From the NCBI GenBank assembly GCA_038063875.1, contig JBBTUH010000002.1, positions 12,530 to 76,529 on the forward strand: a DNA stretch of 64,000 nucleotides. Direction: 5' to 3'. This DNA is from Patescibacteria group bacterium. Lineage in GTDB: Bacteria; Patescibacteriota; Microgenomatia; UBA10105; UBA927. Position 1 is the stretch's first letter. Every line of letters begins with the position of its first letter. Below, one piece after another: positions 1-10,362 of the stretch. The notes beneath the pieces were generated by a model. That model was not told the origin of the DNA and made no database searches. It saw nothing but the letters and a program-made list of their open reading frames with translations. The position numbers and the translations under genes were made by a program.

Positions 1-50
1 CGTAACTTTGGATAAATTCCATCCGTGCAGTAAGACGACGTCAACCGTTT

Positions 51-1340
51 TCATATCTTGGCGCGAAATTGTTCTCGCGTCGCACCATGCACAACGTGAG
101 TGTTTTTTTTCACGATATAGGAGGGTTGTTTCCCTACACAAAACGATTGATCTTCTACATCTTTGACAATCGTTATCCCAGCGCCAATGCTTGTGTGTGA
201 CCCAATCTTTAGGCCGGGCATAATACTCACATTCACGCCAATCCGCACATGACTTGCTATCATCGCCCCGCACTTATTCTTTTGTGTTGATCCAATATCT
301 TGTTCATCAAGCCGAAGATTGGCAAGAACAGAACCAGAGCCCATACTTATATCCTTTTCCAACACACTGTCTCCTATGTAATTAGAGTGAAACCAACAAT
401 CATCACCGATATAACTTCTCGTGATATCTGTGTTAAATCCCGTTACACATCGTCGACCTATATGGCTCTCTCGTATAATATTGTTATTTCCTATAATAGA
501 TCCTTCACCGATAAATGCTGGTCCGATAATTTTTGTATTTTCATGAATTGTTACATTGTCTTCTATATACACATTCCCCTCTAGAATCACATTTTTTTTG
601 ATAATCACATTTCTGCCTGTTGTTCGATGAAGCTTAGACAAAAGCATCGCATTGACGTCTAGAACATGCCAAGGATACTTGAGAGTCGTAAATGCTCCCG
701 TATACGGAATCATAGTTACATGATGTGTTTTCATCACACTCGTCAATCCTTTTTCATAGATATCGTCAGACGAACCTTGAATTTCCCTCAGTATGTTTGC
801 AAATATTTGTGCGTCTTTGATGTATTGGCTAGATATATAGACAAACGGACTGGGTTCGTGTCCCTCTCCCGGTTTCTCGATAATTTCCGTCACTCGATCA
901 CCTATACATTCAAGATACCCACCGTGAAAATATTTCTCGGGCTTCCACCCCACTAATACGCCAAACACCGATGGATCGTCTGCTCGCTTTAGAATTTGAT
1001 CATAAAGTATCGGCTCTACCAGATCATCGGCTATCACAATTAAAACTGGATTATCACCAAGCCGATCCGCTACTGTCAAAAAAGCGTCAGCCATACCACG
1101 TGGTTTTTCTTGCACCACTACTTGATATGGTACTGGCAGTGATAACGACTCATATTGTGTTTTGGTTTCTGGCGGCGTCACAATGATGACTGATGAAAAA
1201 TTTCGTTTCGCGGCAATGCTGGCCACATGCCAAATAAGTGGCTTCCCTGCAAATGGAAATAATGGTTTATCTTTGGTAAATGGCCAAAAACGCTTGCCAG
1301 CGCCACCCGCAAGCAATACAAGAATTGGTGATTTTTTCAT
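51..1340 (-). CDS. sugar-1-phosphate nucleotidyltransferase with C-terminal left-handed beta-helix (GlmU-like bifunctional architecture)
   Basis: N-terminal LLAGGAGKRFWP nucleotidyltransferase P-loop-like motif. C-terminal runs of hexapeptide repeats (NVILEGNVYIEDNVTIHENTKIIG...). 4-bp overlap with murA start. Confidence 0.5.
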   Translation of the reverse strand: MKKSPILVLLAGGAGKRFWPFTKDKPLFPFAGKPLIWHVASIAAKRNFSSVIIVTPPETKTQYESLSLPVPYQVVVQEKPRGMADAFLTVADRLGDNPVLIVIADDLVEPILYDQILKRADDPSVFGVLVGWKPEKYFHGGYLECIGDRVTEIIEKPGEGHEPSPFVYISSQYIKDAQIFANILREIQGSSDDIYEKGLTSVMKTHHVTMIPYTGAFTTLKYPWHVLDVNAMLLSKLHRTTGRNVIIKKNVILEGNVYIEDNVTIHENTKIIGPAFIGEGSIIGNNNIIRESHIGRRCVTGFNTDITRSYIGDDCWFHSNYIGDSVLEKDISMGSGSVLANLRLDEQDIGSTQKNKCGAMIASHVRIGVNVSIMPGLKIGSHTSIGAGITIVKDVEDQSFCVGKQPSYIVKKNTHVVHGATREQFRAKI

Positions 1341-2689
1341 TCTTCCTCCTTTACACGAGAAATGCTTGCGCCTAATTTTTGTAATCGTTCTACGATGTGC
1401 TCATACCCACGATCCATCTGTTCGACACCGTGCACATAACTTTTGCCCTTTGCAGTTAAGGCAGCCAAAACAAGTGTTGCACCAGCACGTAAATCATTCA
1501 TCGATAATACTGCATTATGAAGCTCGGTCTTGCCTGTAATGCGTATCGCCTGCTGACTCTCAACTGATTTATCTGCCCAATTGAAATTGTAATACGCTGA
1601 TGGATTTTTGACCTTTGGGGTAAAGTATTCAATTTTCGCTCCCATCTTATGGAGCTCTGAGACATAGCTAAATCGACTCTCAAAAACTGTCTCGTGGATA
1701 GTCGATACGCCCTTTGCTTGTGTCATAAAGACCGCCCATGGTCCTTGCCAATCCGTCATAAATCCTGGATGTGGCATAGTGACAACATCGGTGTTTCCAA
1801 CTGTGCCTGTCGCGAGACTATATCGCGTTTCAGTAGGAGAAATGACACTTGCGAGCCCACCAGCTTTGGTAAAAAATTCTAAAAACGTCGTAAGATGCAA
1901 AAGGTTTGAGTCATGAACAGTAATATTCCCACCTGTAATTGCAGCCGCGATGGCAAACGTCACTTCTTCATTACGATCCGGCATAATCCGATATGTGCAA
2001 CCATGTAAACTGGAAACACCGGTCACAACGATTTGTCGTGGCATCGGTCGTTTGATATTGGCTCCCATCGAAGTCAAAAGACTGATGAGATCGTCTACCT
2101 CTACCTCTTCTGCGGCATTGTCTATAACCGTCTCGCCCTCTGCAAGTACCGCCGCCAAAAGAATGGTTTCTGTGCCGGTATGTGTATTTTTGGGAAATGT
2201 GACATGCGTACCATGAAGCGTATCCGCCTTACCATAAAAATATCCGTCTTGTGAATTGTACGTAATCTGTGCACCCATTGCTCGTAATGCATCGATATGT
2301 CGATCTATTGGTCGTGCACCAATGCGACACCCTCCAGGATTTGGAATCTTTGCATCACCAAACCGAGACAGAAGAGGTCCTAAAAGCATCGCAGATGTTC
2401 GTATGCGTGCACCCAAATCCAGCGGCACCGTCGTACTTGCCACACCTTTATGCGTCAGTGTAACCTCGTGATCAGACCACGTGTGTTGTATCCCCATCTT
2501 TGAGAGAAGCTCTAATAAAAGATGCACATCGTGAATATGTGGCATATTTAAAAGTTTAAGCGGCTCATCCGTAAGAAGGGAAGCAACGAGAGCTTTGACC
2601 GCGACGTTTTTGGCGCCTGCTACCGTCACTTCTCCGATAAGTGGCTTTCCTCCCTCAATAACAAATGTATCCATATTAGAACTCCCCAA
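1337..2689 (-). CDS. murA: UDP-N-acetylglucosamine 1-carboxyvinyltransferase
   Basis: 450 aa. The N-terminal VTVAGAKNVAVKALVASLL segment and overall EPSP-synthase-like length are typical of MurA. Sits next to murB. Confidence 0.9.
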   Translation of the reverse strand: MGSSNMDTFVIEGGKPLIGEVTVAGAKNVAVKALVASLLTDEPLKLLNMPHIHDVHLLLELLSKMGIQHTWSDHEVTLTHKGVASTTVPLDLGARIRTSAMLLGPLLSRFGDAKIPNPGGCRIGARPIDRHIDALRAMGAQITYNSQDGYFYGKADTLHGTHVTFPKNTHTGTETILLAAVLAEGETVIDNAAEEVEVDDLISLLTSMGANIKRPMPRQIVVTGVSSLHGCTYRIMPDRNEEVTFAIAAAITGGNITVHDSNLLHLTTFLEFFTKAGGLASVISPTETRYSLATGTVGNTDVVTMPHPGFMTDWQGPWAVFMTQAKGVSTIHETVFESRFSYVSELHKMGAKIEYFTPKVKNPSAYYNFNWADKSVESQQAIRITGKTELHNAVLSMNDLRAGATLVLAALTAKGKSYVHGVEQMDRGYEHIVERLQKLGASISRVKEEE

Positions 2690-3656
2690 TACGCTCTATC
2701 TCTTCTGTAAGTGTAATCCCAAATTGCTCTTTCACTTTCGCTCTTGCGATCTCAATTAATTCTATCACGTCTTTTGCTGTCGCTTTTCCAGTATTCACGA
2801 TAAAATTGGCATGCTGGGGTGATATCATCGCACCACCCACCACAGTTCCTTTAAGCCCTACATGATCCAAAAGACGCCCCGCTGACATCGTACCATCAGG
2901 AGTAGATGCCAGAATCGCTTCAGATTGCGACAAATTACGAAATGTACATCCTGCGGTGAATACGCCTTGTGGTTGCGTATTTTTCCTATGAGCAATACTT
3001 TCGTTTGCAATAGCCCACAGTCTATCTTTATCGTAAGCCGTCAAAGCAAATACGACAGAAATCACAATATCATCGGTTGTTTGTAAACTACTCGTGTCGT
3101 AGGCGAAATGAAAGTACGACTGTGGGACTATCTTTTCTTCCCCTGTCTTGGTAACAATTCTTGCTTGATACACACAGTCACCGACATAGCCATTCGGATG
3201 CGTCCATTTAGAATTCATATACAAAGCACCCCCGACAGAGCCGGGGAGTCCCAAATGCATGTGAAGACCAGAAAGACCCTCATCTACCGTAAATCGCACC
3301 AGTAAATTTATCGGTACGCCTGACTCTGCTTCTACAAACACAGTCTTTTTTTCGATAGATCCTTGTTTTTGAGATTTGATTCCTTTGATGAGTATTTGTT
3401 TTGTTAAATTTCTTATAACCAGCCCTCGCACTCCTTTATCGCTAATGAGGATATTAGATCCTCCGCCAAGCATAAACACCGGCACAGAAAGTAACCGAGC
3501 GTGACTGACTGCCTGCAGTAATTCATCCGCGGTACGTGCTTCATAATACAAATCTGCAGGTCCACCAATTTTAAAGGTCGTAAGAGGACCTAACGGATGA
3601 TCTTCCTGTATTCTATCTCCTAAGATTTGTTTTAACTTTTGTAGTGATTTTGTCAT
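2676..3656 (-). CDS. murB: UDP-N-acetylenolpyruvoylglucosamine reductase
   Basis: 326 aa. FAD-binding N-terminus (TTFKIGGPADLYYEA...GGGSNILISD), typical MurB length and dcw context. Confidence 0.85.
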   Translation of the reverse strand: MTKSLQKLKQILGDRIQEDHPLGPLTTFKIGGPADLYYEARTADELLQAVSHARLLSVPVFMLGGGSNILISDKGVRGLVIRNLTKQILIKGIKSQKQGSIEKKTVFVEAESGVPINLLVRFTVDEGLSGLHMHLGLPGSVGGALYMNSKWTHPNGYVGDCVYQARIVTKTGEEKIVPQSYFHFAYDTSSLQTTDDIVISVVFALTAYDKDRLWAIANESIAHRKNTQPQGVFTAGCTFRNLSQSEAILASTPDGTMSAGRLLDHVGLKGTVVGGAMISPQHANFIVNTGKATAKDVIELIEIARAKVKEQFGITLTEEIERIGEF

Positions 3657-3689
3657 ATTGAATAGTGCCTGCCTGCCGGCGAGGCAGGG

Positions 3690-5123
3690 TTATTTGTTAT
3701 TGAGATATTCCTTTCCCCATGTATAAATGTCTCCAGCGCCCATAAAAAGAATAACGTCGTTTGTTATTGAGAGTTTAGCAAGCGTTGCAAATACAGCATC
3801 TTTTGTTTTCGCATAGACGACGCTGTTGTGATGCTCTCGTACATGAGAAACCAACGTCTCACCCGTAATATCACGTGTGTCACTTTCTCTGGCTGATGCA
3901 TATATGTCCGTCAGCACTACTACATCCGCAGTATCAAAGCTTTTGGCAAAATCAGACAGAAGTATTTTTGTACGTGAGTACGTATGCGGTTGAAACACTG
4001 CGATAATTCGTTTTCCAGCATACCACTGCCTTGTAGCCTGCAATGTCGCTTGTATTTCTTTCGGATGGTGTGCATAATCATCGACGATGATGGCACCATT
4101 TTTTTCTCCGAGATATTCAAACCTTCTTTTCGTACCCCCAAAGTTTTTCAGTCCCTCTCGTATATGATCTAACGATATCCCTGCTGCCTGAGCCGCGATA
4201 ATCGCTGACGTCGCGTTTGAAATATTGTGTTTACCTGCCACCTTTATCACAAACTCACCCATGGAAACGCCTGCTTTTTCTAGCGTAAAAAATTGTCTCC
4301 CATCACCCTGACTTACATGTGTGATATGCACATCAGCTCTCGGAGAGAATCCATAACTAACCACAAATCTATTCGATAATAAAAAGCTGCTTTCTTCGTC
4401 ATCAATATTGACGACTAAGCATTGTGTATGGAAATCCATCTTGGCTACGAGTTTTTGGAATGCTTGTTTGACTGCCGATAAATCTTTGTATACATCAGGA
4501 TGATCAAAGTCGACATTGGTGACCACTACTATCTCAGGATGCGTCCAAAGAAATCGTGGTGTATCATCATGATGAGGATCGGTGACATATTCGTCCCCTT
4601 CGGCGATAAACCAGTTGCCTTTACCAAAATGTCCTGCGGCTCCCAATCCCGTGATAGCACCACACCCTATGGCATACGACGGCTGGAGCTTGGCTTCTTG
4701 AAAAATACATGCGACCATGGCACTGGTTGTCGTCTTCCCATGACTGCCAGCTACCACAACTTGTCGTTTGCCCTCCATAAACTCACCGAGTGCTTGCCCA
4801 TGTGGTAATGCTGGTATCCCTAGCGAGAGTGCAGCAACTACTTCCACATTGTCCCTTCCCCCATGCGCACCGGTATAAATAACAAGGTCAGGAATATCTT
4901 TTGAAAATCTCTGTGCGTCAAATCCGACAAAGATGGTGACTCCTTTTTCATGAAGTTCTTGATCTGTAGGGAAAATATCTTCTGTATCAGATCCAGTAAC
5001 CTTGACCCCAAGATCAGACAAATACGCAGCAAGCGCTGCCATAGCCACACCTTTCACGCCGACCAAATGAACGTACTTTAAGCGTTTGGGCAAATGATTT
5101 TTCATCCCGATAGTGTTATACAT
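3690..5123 (-). CDS. murC: UDP-N-acetylmuramate--L-alanine ligase
   Basis: Mur ligase motifs GSHGKTTTSAM and DDYAHHP. N-terminal VHLVGVKGVAMAALAAYL Rossmann segment typical of MurC. Confidence 0.9.
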   Translation of the reverse strand: MYNTIGMKNHLPKRLKYVHLVGVKGVAMAALAAYLSDLGVKVTGSDTEDIFPTDQELHEKGVTIFVGFDAQRFSKDIPDLVIYTGAHGGRDNVEVVAALSLGIPALPHGQALGEFMEGKRQVVVAGSHGKTTTSAMVACIFQEAKLQPSYAIGCGAITGLGAAGHFGKGNWFIAEGDEYVTDPHHDDTPRFLWTHPEIVVVTNVDFDHPDVYKDLSAVKQAFQKLVAKMDFHTQCLVVNIDDEESSFLLSNRFVVSYGFSPRADVHITHVSQGDGRQFFTLEKAGVSMGEFVIKVAGKHNISNATSAIIAAQAAGISLDHIREGLKNFGGTKRRFEYLGEKNGAIIVDDYAHHPKEIQATLQATRQWYAGKRIIAVFQPHTYSRTKILLSDFAKSFDTADVVVLTDIYASARESDTRDITGETLVSHVREHHNSVVYAKTKDAVFATLAKLSITNDVILFMGAGDIYTWGKEYLNNK

Positions 5124-5137
5124 ACTGCGTAATTTGA

Positions 5138-5869
5138 TTATAGTAAACGTTGATACCCTATAAACCCAATCATCTCACCAAATGTTTCTTTTGTGTCTTT
5201 TCGATATGAAAAAAATGCAGGATGTAGACTCGCGTTGCACATGTTTGCTGTTTCAATATGAGCTTTTCTGATACCACTCCCAAGAAATTGCTCAACGATA
5301 TTTGCTTCTAAATCAAGAAAAAATTCACCAGCCCTGACAACAAGCCCTTTTGCTGTCGTGCCAAATGCGTCGACAAATAATTGCATACGGTCAGTGTTTA
5401 CGTTGTAACAGCACGCGCCTATCGATGGACCCAGTACAACACGAATATTTTTAGCATTTGCACCCGCCGCAATCATTCTTTCTACTAAATATTTTGGAAT
5501 TTTGGCGACAGTACCTTTCCATCCGCAGTGAGCAACGCCGATAATGCGTTTTTGAGGGTCAACTGCCAGTATGGGCACACAATCGGCAGTTCTTACCGTT
5601 AGAAATATCTGATTTTGATCATCTGCTGTTATCAACCCATCCACACCATCAAACACACGAGTATTCTTTATTTTTGAGGTAATAGTCTCTATGTCACCGC
5701 CATGTATTTGTTGCGCTTGAACAAAAATCGTATCGTTGCCAAGAAACGATGCTACATTTTTTTTATCGCGCATATCGCCATGTTCTCTGGTGGTAAATCC
5801 ATGTTTCAAGCCCTCTATAGAAGAGAGGAGCGTAGATGTATATTCGCCGCGATATGATTTATGAAGCAT
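5138..5869 (-). CDS. pgeF: YfiH/PgeF family peptidoglycan editing factor (purine nucleoside phosphorylase-like, DUF152)
   Basis: 243 aa. HGGDIETI...TADCVPILAVDP...VAHCGWKGT matches the conserved His/Cys/His pattern of the YfiH family. Confidence 0.8.
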   Translation of the reverse strand: MLHKSYRGEYTSTLLSSIEGLKHGFTTREHGDMRDKKNVASFLGNDTIFVQAQQIHGGDIETITSKIKNTRVFDGVDGLITADDQNQIFLTVRTADCVPILAVDPQKRIIGVAHCGWKGTVAKIPKYLVERMIAAGANAKNIRVVLGPSIGACCYNVNTDRMQLFVDAFGTTAKGLVVRAGEFFLDLEANIVEQFLGSGIRKAHIETANMCNASLHPAFFSYRKDTKETFGEMIGFIGYQRLL

Positions 5870-7046
5870 AAAGCTTTAGACCTCTAAGGAGTGATTTCAC
5901 TTCTTTTTGATCACTCCATGGGTATTCAATAGTTCCTCTGCATAAACTTTTTTCGTGACCTTTTCCTGTAATAATCACACTATCTCCTTTTGTCGCTGTT
6001 TTTAATGCGAATTTGATGGCATCTTTTCGATTGGGAAATCGATAGACGGTCTTTCCGTCAGGAATGCCCGCTGCAATCTGATCCATAATCGTTTCTATAT
6101 CCTCTGTCCTGTAATCTTCTTCTGTAATGATACTGATATCAGCGTATGCTGCTGATTGTGCACCCATCATTGGACGTTTCGTGCTATCCCGAAGTCCGGC
6201 ACTGCCAAACACATGAATCACTCGTTTTTTGGTCATTTTGCGCACTGTTTTGAGCGCATTATCCAATGCATTTGGTGTGTGAGCAAAGTCGACAATCACC
6301 CGAAATGGCTTCTTTCCCACGACCTGCATGCGACCTACGACTCCTTGAAATGACGCAAGTGTTCGTTTCCAGACGAATGGTTTCACACCTAAGACTTCTG
6401 CCGTAGCAATTGCGGCGAGTGCATTGTAGCGATTAAATTCTCCCGGAAGCAGTATCTTAAGCGGATGCGTACTTGGATTGACCATACTATCCCTTCGAAT
6501 TCCATACGTCACATATCGTTTATGTTTAATGTATGGCAAGGATGCCGAAAATAAATCCGATTCATCACGATTGACGACTGCGACTCTGGAATGTTTAAAA
6601 AGGGATAACTTCGTAGCCAAATAATTCTCAAATGTGCCGTGCCAATCCAAATGCTCATGGGTCACGTTGGTAATCACGCCAACACTAAATGGGATACCTA
6701 AAACACGTGATTGTCCCAAGGCGTGAGAGGTCACCTCGAGAACTACATGCGTATCACCGTGGTTTAGTGCGTCCCGAAGATATTGTTGCACGGACCATGA
6801 GGTCGGCGTGGTGACATGAAAGCCGGTATCATACGAACGCCCAGCGATGACAGCGTGCACAGAGGTAATCATGGATGTTTTTATTTTTGCACGTTTGAGG
6901 ATTTCGTAGAGTATAGTCGCGGTTGTCGTCTTCCCGTCAGTACCTGTGACTCCAATAACCGTTAATTCTCGTGCGGGAAAGCCAAACCATATATTGGCGG
7001 CTATTGCGATGAAAAAATGGTATACCCTTTTTACGAGTTCTCCCAT
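5859..7046 (-). CDS. murE: Mur ligase, MurE-like (UDP-MurNAc-L-Ala-D-Glu:diamino acid ligase) lacking the usual N-terminal domain
   Basis: GVTGTDGKTTTATILYEIL P-loop and a DFAHTPNAL motif (MurE-type DYAHTPDAL). Only 395 aa versus the usual ~490. Position after ftsI matches murE. Confidence 0.6.
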   Translation of the reverse strand: MGELVKRVYHFFIAIAANIWFGFPARELTVIGVTGTDGKTTTATILYEILKRAKIKTSMITSVHAVIAGRSYDTGFHVTTPTSWSVQQYLRDALNHGDTHVVLEVTSHALGQSRVLGIPFSVGVITNVTHEHLDWHGTFENYLATKLSLFKHSRVAVVNRDESDLFSASLPYIKHKRYVTYGIRRDSMVNPSTHPLKILLPGEFNRYNALAAIATAEVLGVKPFVWKRTLASFQGVVGRMQVVGKKPFRVIVDFAHTPNALDNALKTVRKMTKKRVIHVFGSAGLRDSTKRPMMGAQSAAYADISIITEEDYRTEDIETIMDQIAAGIPDGKTVYRFPNRKDAIKFALKTATKGDSVIITGKGHEKSLCRGTIEYPWSDQKEVKSLLRGLKLYAS

Positions 7047-7091
7047 GCTCGTATTATACCGTTTGAAGCAAAATTTACCAAAATCTCGCCT

Positions 7092-8771
7092 TTATCGAGG
7101 TCCTATGCCGTAGTAGGTAAAAAACTCGCGTGCGATCGTAAAAAAGAGTGGCGCTGCAGTCTCTGATCCCCACTGGGATGATTGCGGCTCGCGAAGGGTG
7201 ACAAGCATGACGAATTTGGGGTCATCAACCGGTGCAAATCCGACAAACGAGGCTATTGTTTTGGTTTCATCATAGTGACCTGCGACGGGAATCTGCGCTG
7301 TGCCAGTTTTACCAGCAATTCTGTACCCTACGGGTTTGGCCCATTTGGCTTCACCCTTATCCACTGCCTCCACCATCATTTCGGCAGTAATTCTTGCAGC
7401 TTCAGGGCTTACAACCTGTCGTACCACCTTAGGCTTGACTGCTATGACTCGACCTGATCCCTCACGTATCTCTTTGACAACATGGGGTTGCATGAGTTTA
7501 CCACCATTTGCCAGAGCCGCGACTGCAGTGACCATTTGAATTGGCGTCACCGCAATCCCTTGACCAAACGATGCCGTGAGCTCATCTACCTCTGCCCATG
7601 CATTATCATCACGAAGCGTTGGCGACGATTCGTCTTCTAAATCTATATTCGTCGGCTTCCCAAAACCAAATCGCTTAATGGCTGATAAAAGTCGGTCATG
7701 ACCTAGTTTTTTGGCGACAAAGACCATGCCAACGTTTGAAGAGTACTCGAGAACCTGTGTCATAGATATAGTACCGTGATATTCGTTGTTCCATGTACGT
7801 ATAAAATACGGTCCACTTTCGACCGGTCCTGACTCATCCATCATAGTTTGGGGTGTAATAAGCTTATCGTGTATCGCCGCGGCCATCACCAGTGACTTAA
7901 ACGTACTCCCTGGTTCATAACTCCCTGCGACCACAGGATTTATATACAATTCTTTAGGAAACGCCGCAAAGTTTGATGGATCGTAGTTAGGGAAGCTTGC
8001 CATAGCCAAAACACCACCTGTTTTGGGATCCAATACGACGACTGACCCTTCTTTCGCACCATATTTCTCCATACCCTCCTTGAGTCTGCGCTCCACGATT
8101 TCTTGTACAGCTTTCTCACTCCATAAGACAAGTGTTCGCCCATTTTCTGGCTCGACTCGTTGTTGCTCTCCTATAAGGATTGGCGCACCCTTGGCATCTT
8201 TTTCTAACCGAAGTTTTCCAGATACTCCTCTTAACTGACGATCATAAAACCCCTCTAATCCAAAATATCCACGATCTGTACCATTAACGTCAGAACCCAC
8301 AAATCCCAACATATGTGCAGCTGTAGAGGCCTCAGGATACATGCGCAGTGGCTCTTTCTCAAACCCGAGAGAGGATACATTCAACTTTTTTAGCGCCTCT
8401 ACCATGTTGCCGTCTGCTCGATGAACAAGTGGCGCCCATACGCTCTTTGGGTCGGACACGCTTTGTAAAACAACGGATTCCTCTTGACCGATAATAGGGG
8501 CAACGAGTTTGGCAAACTCTGTAGGATCGGGAATAACTCTGGGCTCTGCAAAGACAAGGTACGCTGGTTTGTTCACCACGATCTGATTATCTTCACGATC
8601 GACAATCGTGCCGCGAGCTGCAGGGAGGGTAAACTCGATGAAATGTTGTGCTGATGCTTCAGTTTGTAACCTGTCACTTGCTATCACCTGCCAATAAAAT
8701 AATCGCAGAGTAACACCCAAAAATCCGACAAGAATAGCAGAATAAATTATAGAGGGCCGTGAGGTACTCAT
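7092..8771 (-). CDS. ftsI: penicillin-binding protein 2/3 family peptidoglycan D,D-transpeptidase
   Basis: N-terminal TM segment. SxxK (GSTFKSL), SSN (YSSNVG) and KTG (AGKTGTAQ) motifs in the correct order. Position after ftsL. Confidence 0.85.
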   Translation of the reverse strand: MSTSRPSIIYSAILVGFLGVTLRLFYWQVIASDRLQTEASAQHFIEFTLPAARGTIVDREDNQIVVNKPAYLVFAEPRVIPDPTEFAKLVAPIIGQEESVVLQSVSDPKSVWAPLVHRADGNMVEALKKLNVSSLGFEKEPLRMYPEASTAAHMLGFVGSDVNGTDRGYFGLEGFYDRQLRGVSGKLRLEKDAKGAPILIGEQQRVEPENGRTLVLWSEKAVQEIVERRLKEGMEKYGAKEGSVVVLDPKTGGVLAMASFPNYDPSNFAAFPKELYINPVVAGSYEPGSTFKSLVMAAAIHDKLITPQTMMDESGPVESGPYFIRTWNNEYHGTISMTQVLEYSSNVGMVFVAKKLGHDRLLSAIKRFGFGKPTNIDLEDESSPTLRDDNAWAEVDELTASFGQGIAVTPIQMVTAVAALANGGKLMQPHVVKEIREGSGRVIAVKPKVVRQVVSPEAARITAEMMVEAVDKGEAKWAKPVGYRIAGKTGTAQIPVAGHYDETKTIASFVGFAPVDDPKFVMLVTLREPQSSQWGSETAAPLFFTIAREFFTYYGIGPR

Positions 8772-8801
8772 CGAGTATATCGTACCATGTTTATATATCG
8801 A

Positions 8802-9104
8802 TTATGGCAGTGTGACGCCAAGGGCAACTGGAGCCTCAGACGAGAGTGCGACGATTTGATTTTTACGTGGTGGTTTAAATCCGAGCGCTTCTGCTTTGGT
8901 TCGCATGACAAGATATGACGAGGCCGATGCCACTTCTGTCACCAGCATATCGCGCATATCATTTTGGGTAGATAATTCATTGTCTAATTGACCGAGATTT
9001 TTCCCAAGGGTGGCTAGTTCGTTTGAGATCACAATTTGATAGATGACAAGGGTAACCGCAATAATCGGTAATATGATAAAAAAAAGTGATCCAATACGTT
9101 TCAT
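8802..9104 (-). CDS. ftsL: FtsL-like cell division protein (small single-pass coiled-coil membrane protein)
   Basis: 100 aa. N-terminal TM helix followed by a predicted coiled coil. Positioned between rsmH and ftsI, with a 4-bp overlap with rsmH. Confidence 0.5.
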   Translation of the reverse strand: MKRIGSLFFIILPIIAVTLVIYQIVISNELATLGKNLGQLDNELSTQNDMRDMLVTEVASASSYLVMRTKAEALGFKPPRKNQIVALSSEAPVALGVTLP

Positions 9105-9964
9105 ATTTTTTTAGCAATGCGTAGTTTGGCACTTCGTGATCGTTTATTCTCGTATACCTCTTTTTCGCCTGCGACAATTGGGTGCTTGGTAATCACTCTC
9201 CATCCATCTCCCCTCATGTACTGCTTTACTATCCTGTCTTCTAGCGAATGAAAGGTAATAATCGCGAGTATTCCGTCTGGCTTTAGTATGTCTTGAACTT
9301 GTCCTAATGCTGTTTTTAAGCTTCCTAACTCATCGTTTACTGCAATGCGTAATGCTTGAAATACTCGAGATAATATCGGTGTCGCGTGCTCTCTAGAGCC
9401 GGCCATCTTCTCTATTACCTCTGCTATGTCAGTCACCGTTTCGATTTTCTTTATCTGACGGGAGCGACAAAGAGCGCGAGCAATTGGTAAAGCCAACTGT
9501 TCTTCGCTAAATTTTGCAATGCACTCATACAACTGCTCCTCGGTCATACGATTCACCAATTGGGCAGCAGTGTCTCCATCGTCTTTCGACATTCGTAAGT
9601 CGAGTGGAGCATCGGTGAATCGATAACTAAATCCTCGATTAGGTGTATCGAGCTGATGGCTAGATACGCCTAAATCAAACAATATTCCATCAATGTGCAA
9701 AAATTGGTTATCCGCAGCTATTTTTCCGATATCTCTGAAATTTCCCTGTACCAATGTGTAACCTTCATACTCTTGCAGTCTCTGTTTGGCTTCGTCAATC
9801 GCATCTGTATCTGTATCAATACCTAGTACTATGCCTTCACGTTTGAGAATCTCTTCTGTGTGTCCAGCACCCCCCAGTGTCGCATCGATATACTTCTTTC
9901 CCGTTTCTATCTCTAGCGCCTCAATCACTTCTGTCTTTAGTACTGGTGTGTGGTAATCGCTCAT
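9101..9964 (-). CDS. rsmH: 16S rRNA (cytosine1402-N4)-methyltransferase
   Basis: HTPVLKTEVIEAL...IDATLGGAGHTEEIL N-terminus is diagnostic of MraW/RsmH. Downstream of mraZ. Confidence 0.9.
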   Translation of the reverse strand: MSDYHTPVLKTEVIEALEIETGKKYIDATLGGAGHTEEILKREGIVLGIDTDTDAIDEAKQRLQEYEGYTLVQGNFRDIGKIAADNQFLHIDGILFDLGVSSHQLDTPNRGFSYRFTDAPLDLRMSKDDGDTAAQLVNRMTEEQLYECIAKFSEEQLALPIARALCRSRQIKKIETVTDIAEVIEKMAGSREHATPILSRVFQALRIAVNDELGSLKTALGQVQDILKPDGILAIITFHSLEDRIVKQYMRGDGWRVITKHPIVAGEKEVYENKRSRSAKLRIAKKI

Positions 9965-10362
9965 GTTTGGCTTAACCTTTTCTCATACTCAATCCATAAT
10001 TTCGTGTCCCAGATTTCGAAATGATCTCCAGCGCCGACGACCTTTATATCACGAGTTATGGTGGCGTAGCTTTTGAGAGCTTGTGGTAGGACGATACGAC
10101 CTAACTTATCCATCTCTACCTTCTCTGCTCCCGAAAACAAATACCTCCGCACTTCTCGTGCTTTTTGGTCTGTGACAGGTGTTTCAAGGTGCTTTTGTGC
10201 CTCTGTTTCCCAAGCTTTTGTATCAAACCCAAATATACATCCGTCGTACCCTCTGGCTAATACTATTGCCCTCGCCTCGATCTCTTGCCGTATCTTACGT
10301 GGGAGCATTAACCTACTACGCTCATCTAATGCATGATCATATTCCCCTAGGAAAAGTTTCAT
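9961..10362 (-). CDS. mraZ: transcriptional regulator MraZ
   Basis: 133 aa. N-terminal FLGEY..LDERSRLMLP (DxxxR) motif repeated in the second half (GRIVLPQ). First gene of the dcw operon. Confidence 0.85.
   Translation of the reverse strand: MKLFLGEYDHALDERSRLMLPRKIRQEIEARAIVLARGYDGCIFGFDTKAWETEAQKHLETPVTDQKAREVRRYLFSGAEKVEMDKLGRIVLPQALKSYATITRDIKVVGAGDHFEIWDTKLWIEYEKRLSQT

Noticed and set aside
300-1539. Plus-strand ORFs of 60-125 aa inside the minus-strand nucleotidyltransferase and murA genes, and similar antisense ORFs throughout the track
   Set aside because: They lie wholly within long, well-supported genes on the opposite strand and have low-complexity, odd composition. These are typical shadow ORFs.
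3666-3689. GC-rich inverted repeat (cctgcc-ggcga-ggcagg) between the murC stop and the murB start
   Set aside because: The stem is only ~6 bp and lies inside the dcw operon with no U-tract on the transcribed strand. It is more likely an incidental GC clamp than a terminator.
8977-9177. 66-aa minus-strand ORF spanning the ftsL/rsmH junction
   Set aside because: It is out of frame with both overlapping genes. Those genes have strong family support and are translationally coupled with nothing left between them.
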